A DNA stretch of 64,000 nucleotides. Origin: Rhina ancylostomus (lineage: Eukaryota). Position 1 is the stretch's first letter. Each line of letters opens with the position of its first letter. Of this stretch, positions 37,549 through 51,402 are shown piece after piece. The position numbers and the translations under genes were made by a program. Under the pieces are notes generated by a model. The model did no database searches and was not told the origin of the DNA. It saw only the letters and a list, made by a program, of their open reading frames with translations. The stretch is from contig JARFYF010000017.1 of assembly GCA_030265395.1 (NCBI GenBank), positions 19,153,778 through 19,217,777 on the forward strand, given 5' to 3'.

Positions 37549-40500
37549 CTGTCATTCATTGTCTATCAGCCCACTTAGCTCCAGGTCTGGACTTTGAATC
37601 AATGGTGGGGTGGACTGAGCACCAACAGATCATTGCACCACTCAGATCTAATGCATAAGCTCAGGACATGATGTTCACCCTCACAAAGATACTGGTTCAC
37701 CTCCCACCTTGGTCTCTGAGGCAGCACACTCACCCATGCCCTAAAGTCGTCCATTCCAGACTTCTCCTTCAATTTGCTCTGGGCAGTAGTCTGAAGCCAA
37801 CCCATCTATGGAAAGAGCATTTCATGGGTCATTAAGGATATTTCTGTGAACTCAAATTGAAGAGTAACACCCTTGCAACATCCAGACTGCAATCACACTG
37901 TGACAAGAGGAATGGGAAAGCCATTAATGTGTGCAATTTTACTGAAAATTGCATACATTTGATTTTTGGAGATTTTTTTCCTGTTACAGATGATTCTGAA
38001 TACATCAGTGCAATTCAGATGTCTTCTAAGTTCGTCAAAACAATGTCCTGAATCATGCAGAGATAAGTGACAACAGTATGGCAACTGCTAGCTTCATTGC
38101 AGACTCTGACATACCTCAGAGAATGGAGAGCAGCCAGTGGTGTCACTACTGAAGCACCTATTGAATGAGCATGTCACTTGCTAAATGCTAAAAAAAGTAC
38201 CTTCTGTTAGTTTAACCACATTCTGTAGATGATGAAAGGTGTTTGCACAGTCTACAGTGAGTTTGAGGGTTGCCCCATCAAGTTTCCCGGTGTCTGCAGA
38301 TTCTCCCTTTAAGTAAACAGATCCACCAAAGTAGCTCAATGTATTTTTCTTCATGCTGTAGATTTTCAATAAGGGTTGGAAGCTGCAGCCAAAAGCTTCA
38401 TTTTATGTCAGCAAGGGGGGAAACATTTAATGTGCATCCAATGCACAGTGAAACCTCAGCCATGCTAAGGCAAATTGTGCAATTTCTAGGAGGTTTTGAT
38501 TTCACCTGGAAGTAATCACTTACGCAGTCTATCCTGGATAAAGTTGCTTTTCTGCATGATTTGCACATGAAATACAGGTGCTAATGAATCCAATCTACAG
38601 GCTTTATTGCTTTATTAATTTGGAAATATTAATGAGGATTCTGAAGAGCAGGAAAGGGTGATACAACTCACAGTAAATTCATGATTATTCTCTAGCCTTG
38701 CAACACATTTGTGAAAAATCTTTTTTTCATTTTTTCCCATGTTTTTCACAAGTTGCAATGACAGCTGCTGCCTTGAGATAAACCACCCAGACATGTATAA
38801 CACATTTTGTGACATTCGTATGCCGCTGGTGTGCTGCAAGCTCCTTTCCTGTTTATATGACACAGTGACCATCCTTCCTAAACAACCAGTCTGTGCCACA
38901 AATGACTAAAAGCAGTGCTTTGTGGCTTGTAATTTATTAATATTAATAATGCACCGAGAAAGAAATGTGAGAAAAGCATAAGCACAACCCTTTCCTTTTT
39001 GTTATGTTCTTGGCAAGACGAAGTCATGTGTGCATTAAAGTTATGATCCAAGAAAAGGAGTCGCTCCTTTTGTGGTCCAGACAGGCCTTTTATTGAAGCA
39101 TTTATGTGGGGGAAAAAAAGATGATGATAATGGGCAAACACTGCAGCATTTTCATATGCTGCTGTCTCTGCAGAATTTAAATTGTCAACAAAATGGCTCG
39201 ATTCATTTAACCCCTTCTTCCCGGCAATAGTTTCTATGCACCAATGTGACAAATAAAACAATGATGCATTGTCTATCATCAGTCAGCAGTGACATGATCT
39301 GTGGTTCCATGGGTCTGATTAATTCATAAGACATTTGTGACAGTTCATCTTTCTACCAGTTAAATGTGATTGTAGAAAACTGCCATGTTTCTAATACTAC
39401 AGAAGATCTTTGGTACTTAAAGTGTTAAATGGTGATTTATTCATGGGTGATTTTGTATGACACTTTTTAATGTTTTTAAAATTGGACTACGCAGGCTGCC
39501 AAAGAGAATTGCTACAGTTGTAATGAAATGCATAGGCCACTTCATTTTGCAACCAGTACAAAATCAGGAAGACTATCACAAGCTGCAGTTTATACCAATT
39601 GAAAATTTATACACAGTCTAGCATCCCTTTTCTATCAGTTTGCCACTGTTTTGTTTCTAATAAAATGTACTTAATATTAGCCTGTAGTTAACATTATTAT
39701 CCAGTTCATGTTATTCTGCCAGTGTTTTTAAGATTGTGTAATTTCATCTTCATTTTTTCCTCTTACCATTCTTTTTTATTCTTTCAAACTATCTGGGGAT
39801 TGTACTTCGAAGGGAGATGAGCACAGCACATATTAATGGTTGGTTGATCCTGAATTCATGAAATGGACAAACAGATCATTGGGGAGCAATACTCCAGCTT
39901 TAAAAAGAGGATATTTGAAGCAGTAGTGTCATTGCATTTTTGTCACAGCAATCATTATAAGATTATCATTTTTAATTACATAACAGATGAGCTCAAATAA
40001 ATGATAAATTATTTTGCTCCACTGAAAACATGATTTGTGCAGCAAGTTTATATCATGAGGGAATGTTAGCATTTGATCTTAACTCTTCTAATAAATACAA
40101 TCCTACATTAGCTATGGTCCACTCGGGAGATATCTGGAAAAAGACCAGTGACAGTGGGAATGTGATTGCTCCAATGACTGCATGAACATATTCCATAGAT
40201 TCACAGCATTGGTAGGCAGCTTTTTCAGCAGGGTCTTTTTTTTAAATAAATTGCCTCAACAATGAATTTCACACACATAAGGCACAGTATGTGAGCCATC
40301 AGCTTCTGTTGTGTTTTAGATGACCAATTTGTGTCATTGTAAACCATTGGCTCCTGTCAGCCATTCGTCCTATTGCCTAATATGGCAACAGCCTTAATTT
40401 CAAACCTTGCCCTTTACTCCGTTCAGTCAATATGAATTCAGCCTGATCGCCAGAATTAATTCTGTGAAAATCCGTTCTGTTTTAAATTGATCCTTGAATT

Positions 40501-41224
40501 TATTTTACAGAATTTTCATATGTTTTCAATGCAAGTTGTTCGCTTGTGCTTCTGATGTAGGTCTGTGATGAATAAATGGTGAACCCCTAAGGATCTAAAT
40601 GCAAGGCACCATTCTGACAATATTAAATATGAACTGTAACAAACCTCCTATCAAATTTAGGCCACAGCCATGAAGCACACTTAAACTTTTGCAATAGAGT
40701 TAATGCATCGTATCATTGTTCAATAAAAAACTAACTTTTCCAAATATTTTGCAAAAGCATCAGTGGCCCTTTCTAAGAAATATATTCAACAGTGAGGCTA
40801 TCCAGTTTCAATGTGGGTTTGTACCACGTGACAGGTTTGTAACTTCCTCTGTAACATTGTACTGGAATTTAAACTATTTTAATTTACATTCGGTGTTGGA
40901 TCAGATTATTTCCATAATCTGTTGCAGTCCATTATGGCAGGCTTATTTAATTAACAGCAACTTATTCAAAAAAGTACAGCAACAGCATTAAACTAGAGCA
41001 CTAATTGAGTCTCATGCACTAATTGAGTCAGGTTTAAGGAGAATGATATTTTTGCCAAATCACCACAGATGACCATCAGGGAAATAATGCACTTGTTTCC
41101 ATCGAGAGGGAACTTTAAAAGTTGCTATGTTTGGATACACATTACAGAAAGAGCAAGAGGAGGGACAGATTTACGACAGCAACAGATCATATTTGGACAA
41201 ACATCTGGAGAAAAATGATTCCTT

Positions 41225-41395
41225 AAAAGGGAAAAAATGAAAGACAAGAGAAAGAAATAAGTAAGGTACAATTGATGGGAGAGGGCCTGTTTAGAGAAGA
41301 ATAGAATAGAAAGAATCAGAGACTGGCAAACAAATGGTGAAAGAAGAGAGAGGGGGAAATATATAGAAGAAGGTAGAATAGCAAGTAAGAAAGAG
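41225..41395. repeat. Purine-rich (A/G) low-complexity tract
   Basis: Strong A/G strand bias, e.g. agagaagaatagaatagaaagaatcagagac...aagaagagagagggggaaa. Confidence 0.7.
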
Positions 41396-44300
41396 CTTCA
41401 AATGATATTTCCACTTTAAGAACTGAAAATAAAAATTTTAATGAAATGTTGCTGTTATTCAACTATTACAGTGGAAAAAAGCAGCTGCAATTTTAATAGG
41501 TGATTTTGAATGTAAGGAGATTTTTAATTAGTTCTTTTAGTGATTTATTTGAGCAGATTATTTAATGTAATAATGCATGTTAATCACTGCAGGCATGATA
41601 TACACATTGCTTTGGAACTGATTTTGAACGTTATTGACAGGTCAAAAGGCAAATTGTTACTTTCTGATAGGCTTTCTTCTATGTCCAACTTTGTCAGAGC
41701 AACTTACATTTAAATAGTTTTTGTCCACTACCATAACCCTTACATTTCTGTGCCTGTTGAACTCTTGGGTCTGTTCCCGAGCAACTGGCTCTTTCATGTA
41801 GAAGTGTGAATTTCTATAGTGTTTTGTTTGTACAGTGTGTATGAGTTCAGCAAACTGAGTCACATAAGACAAGAAAAGTATACTTCTGTTGTAGCTTCAC
41901 AGGAAGCATGTTTCAAATGCATTCCACAAGCACTGGAGGTGGTTCTGCAGCTGTGTTCTCATAATGAGCTAACATCATCTATTACAATTTTATTAACAAG
42001 TATCATACTTTAAAATTGATATAAACATTTTTCTCTCTTCTGTGCTCAGTACACAAGGCAACACCTTTCTTCCACTGTGTTCACATTCAGCACATCATGC
42101 CATGCTTTGCTTTCACAGCATAGACTCCATTTTATGTGGCCTGGTCATTAGCCGGACCGAGGAAGATCAGCTGGATGTGTTGGAGAGGGTAGGGTCATCT
42201 CTCCACTTCTAGCAAATGCAAGCACTCTGCTGGACGTCTATCCAGTATTCAGATGCTGGATTGTAAGAATTCTGCTTGCCAGGGATGCTACTGCAGAGAG
42301 AATGCAAAATGAGTTCAACATAAATATAATAATATTTGTACAGTGGCTCCTTTGTCATCAGTACACTTCCTAAACTATTTTTAAAGGCTACTTAGACAAT
42401 TAGTGGAAATTGACAATGATATAATTAGAGGATAACAGAAATCTACTCATAATAACAGATATTACAGAAAACCCGAAGCTGTGGAATAAAACTTCCCTTT
42501 GGTTTAATATGTATCCTTTATGATTCATTGCAGGTATTAATAATAATAAATAATATGAAAATGTGGAAAACTACTGGATAAGTAAGGTTATCATTTATGT
42601 TGTTGTGAGGACTATTTTTAGAGGCACAATCATATATTTCATGAGCCATCTGATTCATATTTGGACCCAGCTTCTACATTTCAGCCTTCAGTCTTTCATA
42701 TTACAAGATCTGAAAGAAATCCAGTCACAGTAACGTGCTTGGAATTCATCTACTCAATGATAAAATNNNNNNNNNNTATTACAGGTGGTGTTATTTATTG
42801 TGCCAGAGTTCATAGAAGTGTTTCCTTAAAGAACAGTCAGAGCTTCTAAAAAGCCCATCTCCTATCAGGTGGAGCAGATTTATGTTGCTGGCAGAGGGAA
42901 GGTCAGGCAGAGAAGCAAAGGAAGACAGTTCCTCTGAGGAAAGCCTCCATTCTCATTCTTTTCCCCTGCAGTTTGGTCTATTATGACCACCGTCCATTTG
43001 CACAGAAATAAACGCTGAGCTGCGTGCTTATTGGAAATGATACAAATAGAAGTCTGTTAGGTGGATTTGGAACAGACATACTCCACCAGCACTACTTAAA
43101 TGCCCAATATAGAGCACACTGTCAATAGTTTAAGACTAATTTGAGTGGATACCAAGTAATTAATGTTTGCATTTAACCAAAGAATTGAATTATCTGCAGC
43201 AAAAAGAAGAGCTGGGACTATTTTGTTAGCACATATTATTCAAGGAAGTATATAATATTTCATGAAATTTTCTCAAGATGATTTCAACTTATACTTGCCT
43301 GGTTTAATTGCTGGGACATTTTATTCTGCAGCAGATATATTTGAAATTGTAGTTTCTACCTGGTCTAATTCAGCTGTTAATTTTACACTTTTTTCAAGAA
43401 AATCATTTCCCTTGTAACTAGTAAGTGCTGACATCACAATAGAAAAGTGACAATATCATATTGCAGCACAAAGAGGCTGAAACAAGGGGTTCCATTTTAA
43501 ATAAGTGTTTCCGGTCAATATTGTTTAATGCCTATTGATTTTAAAATTAGCCAAATATATGTCTGTAGAATAATAGTCAATAATAACAGAACTGTGGCAT
43601 GTTTACAGAATATCACATGCGTTTCATTTAGTTAAGAGATGTATTGTCTCGGCAGATGCTGAGAGGATATTTCCTCTAAAAGCATAATTGTACGAGTCCT
43701 GAGTAAAACACAGTGTGCTATATGAATCCTGATGTTTAGTTAACCAACAACTTATTAGTCATAACCTGCAATGCTCTTGTAACTAATTTCCCAATGGATG
43801 ATTCATATTATTGGTCAGCATGTGATCATTCAAAAAGATTGATTTAACACTTTGATCGCCATCTACTTTTCTTTTAACTTGCTGCTTTAACTTGCTGCAT
43901 GATCAAATAACATGTGCAAGGCTACAAAGAAGTCTATTATGAAAATATACTGTGAACTATATTTCTGGTGCATAACAATTCAGGCAATTTGAAGCTTTGC
44001 CATTAAGCACTGCCTCACTACTCTCTGAAAATCAGTTGCTAACCATTCCCAAAAGCTAAGGATTTTGAAAACTGCTTGAGTGGACAGGGTTAAGTGGATG
44101 CTTGTGCTATTATTGCTGATTAGACATGAACAAAAGATTCAAATGTGGTAGCTGTCTTTGAAGGAAAGCAGTCACCATTTTTAGAAACATTATTATTTCA
44201 GGCTTGTCATTTTAAATTCACTCCAAAGGTAAATCACTCTTAAATAGTACTGCATTGTAATAGTATGTATAGGAGATAAAACATCTGCTAAAACAGTTTT

Positions 44301-45060
44301 TAAACTACCATAGACAGTCAATACAAGGCCTGTAACATCTGAACATCTCACTGCACAAAAGTTGAAATGTGTTATTTTTAATTCTGTCTGCAGCTGAACA
44401 CTGGTTGCCTGAACTGCCATCATGAGCATGGAAGTAGTCGTAACTACGTCCTGCTAATTGATGTCAGCAAGCAATAGTCTTCAGAGAAGGATGCTGCCAA
44501 GCAATAGAAAAGATACTATTGCCAGCTGACATCTCAAAGGGCAGGCCCGTGCAAAGCGGGTGCAAAGGTTTCCTGTTTTTACAAATAAATTCAGTCCAAG
44601 AGTATAATAAATCAAATATTGCCTGCAGTGCTCAAGCTATAAAGTAAACCATTGTCCCTCGGGTTACAGAAGTGATGTTTAGTGCACTATAATGCCCTCA
44701 GCCTTCAGCATTATAATGTGCTCCCAGGCATTTCTGTCAATAATTTATTGGTACAGCCCTCAAATGCAGTCAATATTTGTATACTGTAAATACAGATTCT
44801 AGTTAAGGTTTGTTAAGTGTAGAATAATAAATATGTGAGAAGGAGTTACGAGGTTGTAATACAATCAGGGGACTTGGATGATGTTATAAACTACAAGTGT
44901 GCAACTTAAACAACCTCAGTGCTGATGTCACTGAATACTATGGTTAGATTTCAGCTTTTAATTTGCTTGCATACATTACTAGCATCATACAATGTTTTGG
45001 CTTAGTGATTCGACAGTGGGTTCTTGCCCTTTTGTGTGACAATGTTCTGCCTAAGTTATG

Positions 45061-45400
45061 GTGCTGTGGCTCAGATGGCAACACTCTTGCCCCTGATCGG
45101 AAGGTTGAGGGTTCAAAGTGTCACTCCAGGGACTAAGTATAAAATTCTAGGCTAATGCTGTGGGATAAGATATTAAACCAAGGCCCTGACTTCTCTCTCA
45201 CGTGAATGCAAGAGATACCAAGGCACTGTTTTGAAGAAGAGTTGACAATATTTAACTCTCTGTCAATACCACTAAAGTAATACATCTGGTCACTGCTCTT
45301 TGTTGAAGTTTTCTGTGTCCAAGTTTGCTTGCATGATTCCTTAACTCCTGAAAAATGCTTCCCAGGGTCACGAAAGGTAATATATAAATACATCTCTTGC
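45061..45400 (+). mobile_element. DeuSINE (SacSINE1-like) tRNA-derived SINE
   Basis: A-box TGGCTCAGATGG and B-box-like GGTTCAAA, Deu-domain-like gataagatattaaaccaaggccctgac...ggcactgttttgaagaagag, and an L2-like tail gaaaggtaatatataaatac. Confidence 0.8.
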
Positions 45401-45609
45401 TTTTTGTTCTTGAGATGATGCTCATCTGACTTTCATCTTTATTAAAATGAACATGACAGAAGTTGGGCAGGCTCTGGAACGGGTGGTCAATCTATTCAAT
45501 TGTCCTACTGACGAATGATGGAAGTGAACTCCAGAAGAGATCATCAGGTAAAAGATACTTGGCAGAATACCGGGTTTTCCAACCTTGCATTATCTGTTTA
45601 CCAATACAT

Positions 45610-45910
45610 TAGAAATGTCTAATACAGGAGGCCGTGCATTTAAGGTGAGAGGGGGAAAGTTCAAAAGAGATGTATGGGGCAAGGTTTTTACACTGAAAGA
45701 GGTGGGTGTCTAGAATGTGTTGTCAGCAGTGTGGTGGAGCCAGATACAATAGAGGCATTTAAGAGGCTCTTAAATAGAGACATGAATATGCAGAGTATGG
45801 AGGGATGTGGACCTTGTGCAGGCAAAGGGATTAAGTATCATTAACTTAACTAGTTGATCACAACTTTGTGGGCTGAAGGTTCTGATCCTGTGCTGTACTG
45901 TTCTATGTTT
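45610..45910 (+). mobile_element. CR1 LINE 3' end
   Basis: catttaaggtgagagggggaaagttcaaaagagatg...gtgggctgaaggttctgatcctgtgctgtactgttctatgtt. Confidence 0.88.
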
Positions 45911-48900
45911 ATATCTGCTATATACTGGAGAATGTTTCTTTATCTCTTTTAATTATTGTATAGCTTGCATTATTTCCAGGATGAGCTGGCAAACAGTCAA
46001 CCTGTTACTGTATTTCTACTGATATTGCTTATCGCTTAAGCAGTAGGGAAGTATCCAGTGGTGGGATCCTTCAGTCTCAATCCTCTCCCCAACATCCTCC
46101 TTCCATCCCCGAGGGGAAGACTTATAATATATAATCCTTTCAATGTCACAAATCTGAAAAACAACTTTTTTGACGGCATGAAGAAAGCTTGGTTGAGAGG
46201 AATGGTTCCACGTACTCCAGAGGTTCAACCACCTATCCTCCCTCGGTAGTTCAGTCTATCACTGGTTTCATCAAGTGTGCCCTGCAGAATGGAATGCACT
46301 GGAGATCAGAGATTGGTGCACCTGAACTTCCGCTCTGCCTGAACACATCATTGAATTTAGTGGTGGCTGGAGGACATGCTGTATACACTCAGGTCCCTCA
46401 GCTCCAGGTCAGCCATTCAAGTGAATAGGGTTGCAGCATATATATCAGCCATTGCCAACCCTCATAAAAAGTATGCATAACTAAATTGTTTTTTTTTATT
46501 TCATAGTATATATGTGTGTGTTTTGCTAATTAATTAAATCCATTTCAACATCAGAAACATTTAAAATAAGAGCCTTTGACAGCAGTGAGGTCACAAAGGT
46601 CGAGAGGGGGTGCTGGGGTTAGGTTTCAACTTCTGGCACCTGAGGTCCAATAGCCATTCATGATCCACTCCTGCTCACAGTCAGGACCACAGATTCTAGG
46701 GGTCTAGTACAGGCCATTCTGCTACTGTGCAGCAGGTGCATCCCCTGTCCACAGGATTGGGGTAGGGTCGTACTGAGGGTGACGGGGGTGTGGGTTGGGA
46801 AATTGAGCATGATCTAGCTGTATGGTGAACATCTCCAGAGTTTATTAAGACACTCCAGACATATGACGGGTTCTTTCTGAGCCTTGGGTGTTATTCACAT
46901 GGTTTAATTACTATGTCAGTGGCACAGTAATGATGTCATCTTCCTTGGAAGTTCTTGTGACAATCTGGCCTTCCTCGTGCAGTGACAGACTGGTAAATAT
47001 ATCGTTAATCCTCANNNNNNNNNNNNNNNNNNNNNNNNNNNNNNNNNNNNNNNNNNNNNNNNNNNNNNNNNNNNNNNNNNNNNNNNNNNNNNNNNNNNNN
47101 NNNNNNNNNNNNNNNNNNNNNNNNNNNNNNNNNNNNNNNNNNNNNNNNNNNNNNNNNNNNNNNNNNNNNNNNNNNNNNNNNNACACCCACCTATTGCACT
47201 ATTATTTCTCGAAACTGGTATCTACTTAAATCCAAGTGGGATTCAGAGCACTTTCTGAGAAATTCAAAATGCAGTTGTCTTCAAGATTTTTATTCTGGAT
47301 TCAAGTTGAAAACAGCAAAGTAGCACAGATATATTTCTAACTTCTACAGTTTAGTATGTGATTGAACTGCAAATATTGGTTCTGATGAATTCCATCAAAT
47401 TATACAATTAGTTCAAACAAGAATGACACAAAACACTGTGCAAAGTTTGTTCTGTGAAATACATTAACTACCCTCCTGCTAAGTGTGCCGTGGTGTCAGA
47501 TTGGAAATGTGTAGGATAATTTACAAGAATTTGTCATAATCCTTTCTGAAAATGACATTTGTGAAAAGGAGCTTGGGGGTAAGCCAGTGGAGTTGTTTAC
47601 CTATTCACTGACATGACATCATATGTTGTATCTTGATTGCATTGTTGCTGTGAACAGACAAGAAAAGTGTTGTTATGAAGGCATTGCCCCTTTAAATTTC
47701 AAAGCAAAACATTTCCAATTGTAGCTAAATTTGCCAGTTTAGGAATGCCTAGATTTTTATTCTTCCAAATAAACATGTAAATCATTTAATTTGCCCTTGT
47801 GAATCTAATTAAACATTGTTTGGATGCAGTAATTAACTTTTTGATGGCTTTGATTGAGAGAGGCTTCCTGGTGATACTTCTTCATTAACTTGGTAATTGA
47901 GTATCAAACCCATCTACTTGCTTCTGCAACTTTTCTGTAGGCTGCATGTACTGTAATAGACAGAATTGTCGCTTCTTCAAGAGAGGTCCGCAACACTCTC
48001 TTGTGTAATATCTGTATTTTCTGCCTTGTTCATAGGACTGGAATGCATCTTTAATCCTTTGAAATGTCTTCAGTCATACGAGCTGCAAATCTTTGAACTT
48101 TATTGTCATGCCAGAAGCAGGCAATATTCCACTTTTACCAGGCCTTTCACTATGGAGAGGCTGTCCTGCAGGTATTACTGAAATTTAGGAAGGATTTGTA
48201 ATAGTGTGTGCTGAGTGAAAGAAATGAAATCTGGAAGATGAAAGTTCCAAGGTGTTTTTTTCTTAAACTTCATAAAAAATTTTGAAGCTATTTATTTGTG
48301 TAAAAGATTTGAACACCTTTCCATTTCTAAGTTGCACACAACATGAACTCCCTAATCTCGTTTTTGTTTGATTTTGTTGTATGAAATAATACAGGCTATT
48401 CTGAACGTTGCATTGTGTATATTATCTTAGACATTATATATATATCAACGGGAAAGGAAAGAACAGCTCCCTGAACGATTGCAATGCCTAATTTTGTAGA
48501 TTCCATCCTCACTGGAATGCAGCTTTGACAACATCTTCAAAATCACCTGTTTGTTTTCAGTTTACAGAATTGTAGAGCAGACTGATAAATTTCTGCATGA
48601 CATCTGATGTTTACAAACAAGTTACAATATATTACATAGAATTTAACATAATTATCATATTGATGAGAACATGGGTTAATTTAATAGGTAATTTCCTAAT
48701 ATGGAACAGACGGTGGCTAAAGCACAGACAAAGGAGGTTTGAGAATCAGCAGCAGGTTAAGGGTGGATACTTTAGAAATCTAATACTCTCCAGGTTAAAA
48801 TGTCATACTGTTGCCAAAAGCCTTTTCACTTCTAGTCATCCGGCTGCTATAACACAAAAGTCCCAGCTGATTTAGACATAGTCAAATTTGATCCCCTCTA

Positions 48901-51296
48901 GGCCACTGAGCAGAGTTGAATAAAAATACAAATTTGATGTTTCCACAGTATCTGGTTCACTGGGCAAGTGGAGGTTATCTGGGCTGGATCACTGCCAGAC
49001 CTACAGACCTGTTAGGGTATTCTCAGTCATGACTTTCTTATCCATCTGCCTGTGCTTTCCTGGGATGTCTAATCTCTCTATATGCCTCGTGGAAGCCATG
49101 CTATTGATTTCTGTGTCTCTATAAACCTCAGTCGTGTTCAATGCTTGTTAGACATCTGAAGGAATATACACTCAGCTCCCAGGGCAATTTGACTGAGGAG
49201 CTTGATAGCTACTTGTATAAAGTTTTGAAATGTTAGCGCAAAATCTAATCAAAAGGATGCTACCTTCATGGCAACTATTTTAGCATTTGTGCTCAACATA
49301 TTGCCTCTAAAATAATATGTTACAAACATTACACTGCATGAAATTGAAACATACATGATCAGAATTTGACTCTGCCCTCTGATAGGCAAAACGTGTCTGA
49401 ATGGAGTCAGGTGACTTTTCCAGCTGAGATGGTGCACCTTCATTCACTTCTATACTTCTGGCCATCTTGAAACAGAGTGGGAAGGTGATGAGTTTTCCGT
49501 ATCAATATTACCAGTTGTGTGTGTGTTTAAGGACATCCAGACTTTGCACAGTTCATGATGAACTGCAGTCCACAGCATAGAAATTGGCAGTGTCTCATAG
49601 GGAAGCCCATGGTTAAAAATATGCAGAATTGCAATGTCATGTTATGTAGTGAGACTTGAGGCACATTGCCAAGATTATGAAGGTAAACCCAAGTTTAACT
49701 GTGAAATCCTGCTGGATTGTGTCCTGATTTCCAAAACTGCTTTTCCTACCATTGTCAATCCAATTCTAGTTTCATCTAGTGCAGACTCTTTATATTCCTT
49801 CACCAAATTCTAATTTTCAAAAATAATGATGGTGAAACTAATGAATGATACTTATGAGTAATAATTTCATATATGCTGGTCTATAGAGTTATGAAAGTTA
49901 TCAAATACGTTTTAAAGAAGGACTAAAATAAGTTAGACTAAAACGATTATATAAATTTGGCTTTGATCACTTTTTTTAATGTGTATCAATAACCTAACTG
50001 TTTGAAAAATACCTTTAACCAATAACATTTTGAAGTAGATTACAAACAAATTGATTTGTGTTTGAAGGGTGACTAAAGTTACTGATATGCTTTTTTCCAA
50101 AAACTGTTTTTTTTCCCCTTGATGAATAGCTACTTGACTCCACAGGCAAAATATAAATCTATATCTAGATTCCAGGCATAAAATATCACTCACAAGTGTG
50201 CTTATTATTTTTCTTACTAATATTGTGATTTCATGTTTTAGCTAATTACGTTTAATCTGTTGTGTTTCAGCTTGACTGGGGCAATTGTTTTGCATTAAAG
50301 GCTAATTTCCTTTTAAATAAAATTGCCTCCGGGCAGTTGAGCATTAGGGAATAAAAATGCTGGCAGAGGGAAAAGTGGAAATCATTTTGACAAAGGAATT
50401 AAGTCTTTGGGTGAACCCTGTGGCATAACTCTGCACCATCTGGGTTTTTCCTTAAATTTTAGACAAAAGATCTATATCCAGAAATCCTGGAGGAAACAAA
50501 TGGATGTATAAGAAGACATCAGGTTTATGCCACTGTATCCAATATAGAGCAGAAGCAACAATGATTGATATATTAATATATGACAGGATCATACATAGCA
50601 TGAGGGGCCTCTAATCGGATACATAAAAGAAAGCTCGCAAGGCCCTGCAGTACAAACTGCATGCCACAAGTGGCCTGATCTCCAGCTCACAAGTCACGAT
50701 TATCATGGTTGGTGGGGATGGGGAATGAATCAAGAATGGTAGTCAGGTTTATTGCTGTACAAATGCAGTGTGTGTTCTCTTTACGTCATATGCTTTTAAA
50801 ATCAATTTGAAACTAGGCTCTGCCTTTTCACAAAAATGATAAATTTCTTTAAACTATTCAAATCCCAGTGGAGATGCTGTCAGACAATTGTCATTGCAGA
50901 ATCTTTGAGAAACATAACTGTGGAATGAATATACAACATTGCCATCATCCATTAATTTTGTTAACTATTTATGGAGGTGCGATATTTTAATGCGTGCAGT
51001 TCACATTGAAGAGCCATCTCATACTTTCTCTTTTTGCCTACTAACTGAAAGGGCCAGATCTTTCTGAGAGTTGTTGGTTCCGAATTGTCAATGTTCAGCC
51101 ACTTCTGCATCAATCCCCTGCAAGTCCAGGACATAGTGACTGCCAAATTCTGCTACATCTGGCAATACACTCCAGGTGGAGTCCAACAATCAAGGCTAGC
51201 CTTGTTGGGATTCCCCTGCATTAATTTTTACTTAGTTTAATGTTTTTAATGTGCTCTAAATAAATTCATTTTTTTATAATCGAGACACAAGATCTT

Positions 51297-51402
51297 AGCC
51301 CTGATGCAGGGTCTCCACCCAAAACATTGTAGATTCCTTTCCCTTCCACAGATGCTGCTCGGCCTTCTAAGTTCCTCCAGCAGATTGTTTTTTTTGCTCT
51401 CA
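51297..51402 (+). mobile_element. Penelope-like short element with degenerate hammerhead motif
   Basis: ctgatgc-a-gggtctccaccc-aaaacatt then cacagatgctgctcggccttctaagttcctccagcag. Confidence 0.7.

Noticed and set aside
45061-45135. tRNA gene
   Set aside because: The A/B-box-like motifs run straight into a SINE body, with no cloverleaf acceptor stem or terminator; it is a SINE head.
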